Part shown: in pieces, positions 56,238-64,000 of the stretch
How positions within the stretch are numbered: the stretch's first letter is position 1
How the letters are laid out: each line of letters begins with the position of its first letter
From: Candidatus Tayloriibacteriota bacterium
GTDB lineage: Bacteria; Patescibacteriota; Minisyncoccia; Phycocordibacterales; SIBU01
Direction of reading: 5' to 3'
Length of the DNA stretch: 64,000 bases
Assembly: GCA_016188455.1 (NCBI GenBank)
Contig: JACPHR010000010.1
Span: forward strand, 3,655 to 67,654
The notes under the pieces: generated by a model
Databases searched by the model: none
Told to the model about the DNA's origin: nothing
What the model saw: the letters and a program-made list of their open reading frames with translations, nothing else
Translations under genes and position numbers: made by a program

Positions 56238-56813
56238 ATGGGGGAAAAACCTAAAAGCGTGAAAAGACTTCGGGTCGGCACTACCCAAAAACAAATTCTT
56301 CTCTTGTTGCTTGCCGGAACGGCAATGGGGCTGTCAGGGTCGCCAAAAACCTTTTTCAAAATACTTTCTTCTCTGCCGGAAGCTTTAAGAGAAATAGAAG
56401 AAAAAAATGTTCGCCGAGCGATTCAAAACCTCTATAGATCGCGCCTGGCGGAAAAACAAGAACACCCTGACGGCACCATGACACTGGCGCTGACTGATGA
56501 AGGAAAGCGCGTGGCTCTACGCTACGACATCAACAAGATGAAGGTGGTAAAACCTCGGAAATGGGACGAGAAGTGGCGAATCGTGACGTTCGATATTCCT
56601 CAAAAAGCCAGGTGGATTCGCGACAGTCTCCGAGAGCATCTGCGGCAACTTCAATTTTATGAACTGCAGAAATCGGTCTTCGTTCATCCGTTTGATTGTA
56701 AAAATGAAATTGACTATATCGTTGAATTCTACAACATTCGCCGCCACGTGCGTTTCATTATCGCCGACTCAATCGACAATGAGCTGCACATCATGCATTG
56801 CTTAGGGCTCTAA
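56238..56813 (+). CDS. PaaX-like protein (wHTH + Cas2-like domain)
   Basis: LTDEGK; KWDEKWRIVTFDIP..RDSLR..L..LQKSVFVHPFDC. Confidence 0.88.
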   Translation: MGEKPKSVKRLRVGTTQKQILLLLLAGTAMGLSGSPKTFFKILSSLPEALREIEEKNVRRAIQNLYRSRLAEKQEHPDGTMTLALTDEGKRVALRYDINKMKVVKPRKWDEKWRIVTFDIPQKARWIRDSLREHLRQLQFYELQKSVFVHPFDCKNEIDYIVEFYNIRRHVRFIIADSIDNELHIMHCLGL

Positions 56814-57000
56814 AAACATCCCTTTCCTTCTTGCTCGTATACCAACGATGGTTGTTATGTGAGCCAAAAGTAACGTCAGTAACGTAACGTGGTTCACCGA
56901 AGGTGATTTAAAAGTGATTCAAAAGTCATTCACCGGCAGCTTTCCTTACCTTAATTAAAACGCGAGTCAAGCACGCGGCAAGGCCAGGCCATGATATTTC

Positions 57001-57591
57001 TCATATGTATTGCCGGCTCATCGCCTTCTCACGGCCGTCAACGACGAGCGACTTGAGGGCTTCGGCGATTTTGGGGGAAAGTTTTTTGAGCGCGGCGAGC
57101 TCCACGGGCGAAAATTCGCCGAGTATGTGTTTGTCCACCGCCGCGTCGCCACGCGGTTTTTTTAACTTACCGGAAGGCGTTGCGGGAGAAATGCCCACCC
57201 GAAGACGCAGAAAGGCTTGAGTTTTCAAAGCTTTGATGATTGATGCCACTCCGCGGTGGCCGCCCGAGCTTTTGTTGAAAGAAATTTTGAATTTCCCGAG
57301 GGGGATATCAAGGTCGTCGTGAATCACCACCAGATGCTCCACGGCCTTCTTGCTTTTTATAAGCGGTGCGACAGAAATCCCTGATTGATTCATAAAAGTT
57401 TCCGGTTCAACGAGCGTGACTGCCTCTCTCCCCAATTTTCCTGAAGAAGACAGTGCTTTGATTTTTGCGCTCAACTGCCAAGCGGGCAATTTTTCGGCTA
57501 TGCGAAAGGTTTCCAGGACCATTCGTCCCGTGTTGTGGCGAGTATCTTTATATTCATTACCCGGGTTACCGAGTCCCACGACAATATACAT
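57001..57591 (-). CDS. pth: peptidyl-tRNA hydrolase
   Basis: VGLGNPG..TRHNTG, TFMNQSG, HDDLD, GGHRG. Confidence 0.96.
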   Translation of the reverse strand: MYIVVGLGNPGNEYKDTRHNTGRMVLETFRIAEKLPAWQLSAKIKALSSSGKLGREAVTLVEPETFMNQSGISVAPLIKSKKAVEHLVVIHDDLDIPLGKFKISFNKSSGGHRGVASIIKALKTQAFLRLRVGISPATPSGKLKKPRGDAAVDKHILGEFSPVELAALKKLSPKIAEALKSLVVDGREKAMSRQYI

Positions 57592-57687
57592 AAAAGTTAA
57601 AAAATTAAAGTGGAAAATGACAATGTAAAATTCAAAATTATCTGATTCGGCCAATTTTACACTTTAAACTGTCATTTTAGATTTTGA

Positions 57688-57791
57688 CCCGCCTGCCTTC
57701 GCCTAAAGCTAACTCTCATTGCTCAACAAGTTGTAAAATTTTCTTTGCTTTTCATTAATCAAATAATCCGGCTCAGGCTTTGGCGGGCAGG
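57688..57791. repeat. 104-bp CCCGCCTGCC..GGCGGGCAGG insert inside a heptamer repeat
   Basis: removal restores TTTTGATATTTACATTTTACATT as at 51055-51077. Confidence 0.8.
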
Positions 57792-57918
57792 TATTTACAT
57801 TTTACATTGATAGACACGGAAGTCCACTCGCCAAAATTCAAAAATTTTAGGTAGTAAGTAGTGCGACATACTTAAAGACCTTGCGTCAACCGACTTCTGG
57901 TACTAAAATTGAAAACAA

Positions 57919-58563
57919 ATGAACGGAGAAAAAGAAAAGTCTCTCGGACAATCCGCAGAAAATAATTTTTCTCAAGAACCGCAACTTCAAAAAAGTCCCG
58001 ACACCGACCCGAAGCAAGAATCCTGGTGGGACATCGTCAAATTTGCCCTCATCACCGCGGCCATTGTCCTGCCCATCAGATTTTTTATCGCCCAACCGTT
58101 CATGGTTTCCGGACCTTCAATGGAACCGACATTCAGCAACCATGATTATCTTATCGTGGATGAAATAAGCTACCGTTTTGAGAAACCGAAACGGGGCGAG
58201 GTCATTATCTTCAACCGGCCGGAAGAAAAAAAGTATCTGATAAAAAGAATTATAGGGCTGCCGGGTGAAACCTTGGAGCTTGAGGGCGACACTATTACCG
58301 TCAAAAACGCCGAGCGCCCCGAAGGTTTTACGCTTGACCAAACATTCGTCGTCAACAAAAAATCGGAACCGAAATTAACCGTTATCCTGGACAATGAACA
58401 CTACTTCGTCTTGGGAGACAATCGTTCCGTTAGCTACGATTCCCGCGGCTGGGGGCCGCTTGACGCGAAAAATATCGTCGGCCGGGCACTTTTGAGGCTC
58501 TACCCCTTCACAGCGCTGGCAGTTTTTCCGGGAGACGCCAGCAAAATACTGAATAACCAATAA
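57919..58563 (+). CDS. lepB: signal peptidase I
   Basis: SGPSMEPT, IKRIIGLPGE, GDNRSVSYDSR. Confidence 0.95.
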   Translation: MNGEKEKSLGQSAENNFSQEPQLQKSPDTDPKQESWWDIVKFALITAAIVLPIRFFIAQPFMVSGPSMEPTFSNHDYLIVDEISYRFEKPKRGEVIIFNRPEEKKYLIKRIIGLPGETLELEGDTITVKNAERPEGFTLDQTFVVNKKSEPKLTVILDNEHYFVLGDNRSVSYDSRGWGPLDAKNIVGRALLRLYPFTALAVFPGDASKILNNQ

Positions 58564-58657
58564 CGTACAACTGAATCAGTGAATAACATCGGTCTAAAGG
58601 GTTTTTGTCATTCAGTTATAAGTAATTCAGTTATTTGTTTATCAACAACGCACGTCA

Positions 58658-59953
58658 ATGTCTCACGCTCTCAAAGAAAAACCTATGAGAACTGTCCACG
58701 CCCATACAGAGCGAAGGCGGGAATATTGGTACAAAAACCTTGACCGGCCGGCCGAAGTGGCGCTTTATTACGGTTTTAATCCCATGGAAACGCCGGTCGT
58801 CACCAAAGAGGACGCCAGAAAAGCCAGAGCGCTCTGCGAAACCGAACTGCGAAAAGACGCTCCCGATTCGCCCGGCCGATTCGCCATTGAAGAAAAAATC
58901 GCGGTGCTGCGCCTCTACGAAGAACGAAATATGCAAAACTGGCCGCAACCGGTGATGCTCTATTTTGGAAAACCGATTCTCCGACAAGACGGCTCGAAAA
59001 AAAGCCTCGGCAAACCCGCCCGTACCGAACGTGGTTCGGCGCCTACCCGACTACATTCAGGCGGGCATTCGGGCGGGGAGCGGACCGTGATTCTTGAAGC
59101 TTTAGGCACGTCAAATAGCATCGCCGAAGCCCTCCTTATTAAGACCGCCCTGGAAATTTTGAAAGAAGAGGAATTTGAAAATCTTTCCGTTCATATCAAC
59201 AGTGTCGGCGACCGCGACACCGTATGGCGCTTCGCCCGCGAGCTTTCCGCCTATTACCGCAAGAACATTGAAACTCTCCCCGCCCATTGCCGACAACTGC
59301 TGAAAAAGGACGTTTTTGACCTGCTTTCGTGCAAAAATGAAAAGTGCCGCATCATCAAAGAAAGCGCGCCTAAGTCCATGAGCTTTCTTTCGGAACCGAG
59401 CAGGCAGCATTTCAAAGAAGTTTTGGAATATCTTGAGTTTCTTGAAATCCCTTATGAGATTGACCATTTTCTGGTGGGCAATCGGGCATTCGCCTGTCAA
59501 ACGCTTTTTGAAATCTACGACCCCGAAAGCCGCGAGCTCTGCCGGCCGCTAGCCGTCGGCGTCCGCTATGCGAACCTTGGAAAAAAAATCGGGCTGAAGA
59601 AAGACATCCCGGGCGTCGGCGCGCGCTTGGTTTTTAAAGAAAAAAATCCGAGCAAGAATCTTAAATTTCTTAAACCGAAAATTTACTTCATCCAGCTCGG
59701 CTTTGAAGCGAAGCTGAAAAGTTTGAAAATCATAGAAATCCTCCGTCAGGCCAAAATTCCGATGTATCACGGCATTTCACGAGATAAGCTCACGAGCCAA
59801 ATCTCCGCGGCGGAAAATATGAAAATTCCCTATACCGTCATCATGGGCCAAAAAGAGGCGCTTGAAAACACTGTCATCGTGCGGCACATGACCGACCGCT
59901 CTCAAGAGAGCGTCAGAATTGAAAATTTGCCGCAGTATTTCAAAAAGCTCTGA
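58658..59953 (+). CDS. HisS-like paralog (degenerate catalytic domain + anticodon-binding domain)
   Basis: YYGFNPMETP, LHINSVG-like, HFKEVLEYLE, C-terminal IMGQKEA..VIVR. Confidence 0.75.
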   Translation: MSHALKEKPMRTVHAHTERRREYWYKNLDRPAEVALYYGFNPMETPVVTKEDARKARALCETELRKDAPDSPGRFAIEEKIAVLRLYEERNMQNWPQPVMLYFGKPILRQDGSKKSLGKPARTERGSAPTRLHSGGHSGGERTVILEALGTSNSIAEALLIKTALEILKEEEFENLSVHINSVGDRDTVWRFARELSAYYRKNIETLPAHCRQLLKKDVFDLLSCKNEKCRIIKESAPKSMSFLSEPSRQHFKEVLEYLEFLEIPYEIDHFLVGNRAFACQTLFEIYDPESRELCRPLAVGVRYANLGKKIGLKKDIPGVGARLVFKEKNPSKNLKFLKPKIYFIQLGFEAKLKSLKIIEILRQAKIPMYHGISRDKLTSQISAAENMKIPYTVIMGQKEALENTVIVRHMTDRSQESVRIENLPQYFKKL

Positions 59954-60083
59954 AATATGAAATGCAAATCGGCACAAAGTTACAAATAAAGACTCCGTTT
60001 TAATTTGTAATTTGTATATTCGTATTTATTTGTATTTCGTATTTAATTTGCGAAAAAAGTTTTCTGTGCTATTATAGCGGCTT

Positions 60084-60320
60084 ATGGCCATCAATGTTGA
60101 AGTGGCAAAAACCGGCACGGAAAGCGGCGTGAGCCTCTTGCGGCGCTTTACCAAGCGCGTCCAGGGCGCGGGCATTTTGCCGCGGGTGCGCTCCCTGCGC
60201 TACAAAGACCGAAATAAATCCCCCGGCACGCGCAAAAAAATGACTTTGAAGAAATTGGCCCGGCGAAAAGAAGTAGACCGGCTCATCAAGCTGGGCAAAG
60301 CAGTTGAAAAGACCCGCTAG
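60084..60320 (+). CDS. rpsU: 30S ribosomal protein S21
   Basis: ES..SLLRRFTKRVQGAGIL...R..RY. Confidence 0.8.
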   Translation: MAINVEVAKTGTESGVSLLRRFTKRVQGAGILPRVRSLRYKDRNKSPGTRKKMTLKKLARRKEVDRLIKLGKAVEKTR

Positions 60321-60325
60321 AGAGC

Positions 60326-60721
60326 ATGCTTCCGAAAACCGGAAAAAACTTGTCGGTTACAAACCTCACCAAAGGCAAACTCCCCCGCTTGCCTTTTATG
60401 GCCGTGAAGGAGGCGATACTGGGCAAGGGCTACGATTTGAGTGTGGTCTTCGCTTCGCGGGCGACGCTCCGGAAGCTCAACCGCGCCTACCGCTTAAAGG
60501 ACAAAGCGACCGACATTTTGAGTTTTCCCCTGGGTAAAATCCGGGGTGAAATTTTCATCAGTCCGGAGGAAGCGCGGAAAGAATCAAAAAAGTTCGGGCG
60601 AAATTTTGAAAATTTCCTTGGTTTCCTGTTTATCCACGGTTTGGCGCATTTGAAAGGATTACGGCATGGTAGTAAAATGGAGGAACAAGAAATCAAATTC
60701 CGCAGGCGTTTCGGAATTTAA
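60326..60721 (+). CDS. ybeY: rRNA maturation RNase YbeY
   Basis: LNRAYR.KDKATDILSF, HGLAHLKGLRH. Confidence 0.92.
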   Translation: MLPKTGKNLSVTNLTKGKLPRLPFMAVKEAILGKGYDLSVVFASRATLRKLNRAYRLKDKATDILSFPLGKIRGEIFISPEEARKESKKFGRNFENFLGFLFIHGLAHLKGLRHGSKMEEQEIKFRRRFGI

Positions 60722-60807
60722 TTTCTACTTTTGACTCTTAATTATTAACTCTTGACCTGTGATTCTTCAGTTAATGGTTAACGGTTAATGGTTAATAGTC
60801 TTTCTCA

Positions 60808-61986
60808 ATGTCCCGTAACATTTCAGTCGGCATAGATATCGGTTCCTACCAAATCAAAGTGGTGGTGGCCTTAAGGGCGCGCGAAAAAGAAAGAGCTTTT
60901 CCGAAAATCACAGGCTTCGGCTATGCGGAATCTCGCGGCCTGCGCCACGGCTACATCCTCAATCAAGAGGAGGTGGCCAAGAATTTGCGTCTGGCTCTTG
61001 ACCAGGCGGAGAAAGCCGCGGCGGTGAAAATTAAAAAGGCTTTCGTTTCAATCGGCGGCGTGGGCCTGTCCGGCGTCACCGTAAACGGCAGCGTTATCAT
61101 CTCGCGGGCGGACGGAGAAATTACCGACCTTGACGTCAAAAAAGCCGTGGACGCCAGCCAGTCTGAAATCCCCCAGTCATTCTCGCTCAACCGGCGAATC
61201 ATTCACACGGTGCCGATCCAATTCAAAGTTGACGGCAAACCGGTTTACGGCAGACCCGCCGGCATGAAAGGCACAAAGCTTGAAGCCAAAACGCTTTTTA
61301 TCACCTGCCTCGAACACCATTTCAACGACCTGGTGGAAACTCTCGGTGAAGCCGGCGTGGAAGTGGAAGACGTGGTGGCCGCGCCGATAGCGGCCTCTCT
61401 GGTCACGCTTTCTAAAGCCCAAAAAATCGCCGGCTGCGTCCTGGCGAACATCGGCTCCGAAACGGTTGCCATCGCGGTGTTTGAAAATAACATGCCAATA
61501 TCTTTGGAAGTTTTTCCCTTGGGCGGCAACGACATCACCAACGACATCGCTCTGGGCTTGAAAATTCCGCTTGAGGAAGCCGAGGACTTAAAGCGCGGCG
61601 CGATTGTGGGCGTTACCTATCCGCGGAAAAAACTGGAAGAAATCATCGCCGCCAGGCTTTCGGATATCTTTGACCTGATTGAAGCCCACTTGAAAAAAAT
61701 CGGCCGCAGCGGCTTGCTGCCCGCCGGCATCGTGCTCACCGGCGGCAGCTCGGGCATAGAAACCATTGATGACTTGGCCAAGGCGGCCCTGCGCCTGCCA
61801 TCACGCATCGCGAGCATCAATTTCGGCGAGGGCAGCAAAGGCCAGATTAAAGACGCTTCCTGGTCCGTGGCTTTCGGCCTCTGTATTTTAGGCCTAAGCG
61901 AAGAGGACGACGGTTTGAGTGGCATTAAGCTCGCCAAGCGGGCGAAAAACGATATTGTGGGCTGGCTGAAGCAATTTTTGCCGTAA
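60808..61986 (+). CDS. ftsA: cell division protein FtsA
   Basis: GIDIGS, SRGLRHG, GGNDITNDIA, VLTGGSS. Confidence 0.95.
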   Translation: MSRNISVGIDIGSYQIKVVVALRAREKERAFPKITGFGYAESRGLRHGYILNQEEVAKNLRLALDQAEKAAAVKIKKAFVSIGGVGLSGVTVNGSVIISRADGEITDLDVKKAVDASQSEIPQSFSLNRRIIHTVPIQFKVDGKPVYGRPAGMKGTKLEAKTLFITCLEHHFNDLVETLGEAGVEVEDVVAAPIAASLVTLSKAQKIAGCVLANIGSETVAIAVFENNMPISLEVFPLGGNDITNDIALGLKIPLEEAEDLKRGAIVGVTYPRKKLEEIIAARLSDIFDLIEAHLKKIGRSGLLPAGIVLTGGSSGIETIDDLAKAALRLPSRIASINFGEGSKGQIKDASWSVAFGLCILGLSEEDDGLSGIKLAKRAKNDIVGWLKQFLP

Positions 61987-62177
61987 CACGACACCAATTT
62001 ACGAATGAGCGCGAATGACACGAATAGAGAAGTTGTGCGGAATTAGAAATTATGAATTAGTAATGAAGCCCAGCCCCAGAAATTTTGCCGCAAAATTTCT
62101 GGGCTGTTTTGTGCTTAAATCTATTCTTAAATTCTCAAGAATGCCAGAATAGAATTTGAATAAAAAAAAGCGGGAGG

Positions 62178-62510
62178 TTAATTCCCCCGCCGCAATTTTT
62201 CCAACCTTGCAACTCGCAATTGTTTCAGATGAGCATTCATCGCCTCACTTGAACCGGACTTCTGCAACTCAACTTCGTCTTCCGGTTCCAACCGAACGAT
62301 AGTCCCGGCATGGCTTCCCCACACCATCACGGCGTTGCCCTTTTCGGATTGGTCTTCTGCCAATTTAAGGCAAGTTACATTAAAACCTAGCAAACCGTGC
62401 TCTTCAACCGCGTTGGTATTAAAGATGTCTCCCGGACGAAGTTTTTTAAATGTTTCCGGCAAAAATCGGTCTTCAAACTGCCGCGCCAAAGGCCTAATGG
62501 TTGCTGGCAT
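62178..62510 (-). CDS. hypothetical protein (110 aa)
   Basis: AAAGGAAT RBS; lies between ftsA and ftsZ on the opposite strand. Confidence 0.6.
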   Translation of the reverse strand: MPATIRPLARQFEDRFLPETFKKLRPGDIFNTNAVEEHGLLGFNVTCLKLAEDQSEKGNAVMVWGSHAGTIVRLEPEDEVELQKSGSSEAMNAHLKQLRVARLEKLRRGN

Positions 62511-62720
62511 CTTTTATTCCTTTCAAATCTGACGATTTTTTACTGGATACTTTATACTTAATACTTAATTAAAAGTCAACCCTTGTATTTATTTTGGCCT
62601 TTAGCTATGATAGGATTCTACGAAAATGGCTTATAAGGCTTATGCTTTATTCCGCCTTTGTTCTTGGTTTTTTAGGATTTATTTTTCATTTTTACTTTTT
62701 AATATTTTAATCTCTCTATC

Positions 62721-63860
62721 ATGCCCCAAGTATCACCAGAGGTTGAAACTTTCGCTCGCATCAAAGTTTTAGGCGTGGGCGGCTCAGGCAAAAACGCCAT
62801 CAACCACATGATCAACTCCAAAGTGAAGGGGGTTGAATTCGTGGCGGTCAACACCGACGCGCAGGATTTGCACCACACCCTCTCCAAGAAAAAAATCCAC
62901 ATCGGCAAAAATCTCACTCGTGGCCTCGGCACCGGCATGAATGTTGAGCTCGGCAAGCGGGCCGTGGAAGAAACCAAAGAGGAAATCCAGGAAGCCGTCA
63001 AGGGCGCGGATATGGTCTTTATCGCCGGCGGCATGGGCGGCGGCACCTGCACGGGCGCGGCACCGGTGGTGGCCAAAACGGCTAAAGAAATCGGCGCCCT
63101 GACCGTGGCTGTGGTTACCAAACCGTTCTTTTTTGAAGGCGCCCAGAGAATGCGTTTGGCTGAACAGGGCTTGGAAGAGCTGCGAAAATCGGTTGACGCC
63201 ATCATCGTTATTCCCAATGACCGTTTGCTTAGTACGGTCAGCAAAGAAACTACGGCCCGGGCCGCTTTCGCCATGTGCGACGAGATTTTGAAACAAGCGG
63301 TTGAAGGCATCTCCGACCTCATCACCACCCCGGGCATCATCAATATTGATTTCGCCGACATCCGCTCCGTCATGGAAAACGCCGGCAGCGCTCTCATGGG
63401 CATCGGCAACGCCTCGGGTGAAAAACGCGCCGAGGAAGCGGCCAAAAACGCCATCAACTCTCCCCTGTTGGAACTTTCCATCCACGGCGCCAAGGGCGTG
63501 CTGTTCTCCATTGCCGGCGGCGACGACCTCACCATGTTTGAAATCCAGGATGCGGCCAAGGTCATTACGGAATCAATTGACTCCAACGCCAAGGTCATTT
63601 TCGGCACCGTCCGCGACGAAAAACTAAAGAAGGGCGAGGTCAGAATTACCGTTATTGCGTCGGGTTTTCCCGAAAACGTGGTCAAACGGAGTCTCTTCCA
63701 CCTTGATACGGGGGATGACAAAAAAGCCAAGCCCCATGGGGCCATAGGCGGTCAAGCCGCGACGAAAGAAGTTTCAAAAGCCGAAGAAAAGAAGGCGGCG
63801 GAAGAAGCCGACGATGATTGGAGCGCGGTGCCCGCTTTTTTGCGCCGAGCGAAAAAATAG
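62721..63860 (+). CDS. ftsZ: cell division protein FtsZ
   Basis: GVGGSG.NA, NTDAQDL, INIDFADI, C-terminal VPAFLRR. Confidence 0.98.
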   Translation: MPQVSPEVETFARIKVLGVGGSGKNAINHMINSKVKGVEFVAVNTDAQDLHHTLSKKKIHIGKNLTRGLGTGMNVELGKRAVEETKEEIQEAVKGADMVFIAGGMGGGTCTGAAPVVAKTAKEIGALTVAVVTKPFFFEGAQRMRLAEQGLEELRKSVDAIIVIPNDRLLSTVSKETTARAAFAMCDEILKQAVEGISDLITTPGIINIDFADIRSVMENAGSALMGIGNASGEKRAEEAAKNAINSPLLELSIHGAKGVLFSIAGGDDLTMFEIQDAAKVITESIDSNAKVIFGTVRDEKLKKGEVRITVIASGFPENVVKRSLFHLDTGDDKKAKPHGAIGGQAATKEVSKAEEKKAAEEADDDWSAVPAFLRRAKK

Positions 63861-64000
63861 CATCACGAATCAAGAATCTTGAATCAAGAATGAGACCCGC
63901 GGGAGCGGGTTTAATTCTTTCTATAAAAAAGTGTGCCGGTAAAACATTTTTGTTATAATTAACCTTATGAGTAAGCAAAAAGTTTTTTATTCATAATTCC

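Noticed and set aside
63967-64000. Gene start MSKQKVF.. with a possible T-run frameshift
   Set aside because: Only 34 bp visible at the window edge; cannot be assigned

Overview
Bacterial chromosome window, genetic code 11. It is probably Patescibacteria/CPR (Parcubacteria-like), inferred from the VirB2-like pilin cluster next to a family-1 solute-binding protein, orphan PaaX/Cas2-like genes, a PemK-like toxin, a degenerate HisS-like paralog and A[ST][ST]T-rich surface proteins. It carries housekeeping genes (serS, dprA, topA, relA/spoT, parB, miaA, rpmG, alr, rbfA, infB, iscS, truD, clpB, gyrA, rpsA, pth, lepB, rpsU, ybeY, ftsA, ftsZ), 7 tRNAs and a 2.4-kaa surface protein. I recognise no transposase, integrase or cas gene. 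The most striking signal is a ~135-bp non-coding structured element present 6 times: after topA, after tRNA-Trp, after tRNA-Cys and as a 3-copy array after tRNA-Lys. All copies share a covarying three-hairpin scaffold. Each is followed by a duplicate of the target 3' end, and each has, at a fixed position, an 8-11-nt segment complementary to its own insertion junction. This suggests a base-pairing-guided, retargetable mini integrative element. At topA the displaced 3' end is a synonymously diverged allele. Other candidates are a promoter-driven small RNA facing an orphan PemK toxin, palindrome-flanked ArsR and PaaX/Cas2-like gene cassettes, many frame-preserving palindrome insertions inside essential proteins, and an RMF-like protein. 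All alignments were done by eye; no searches were run.
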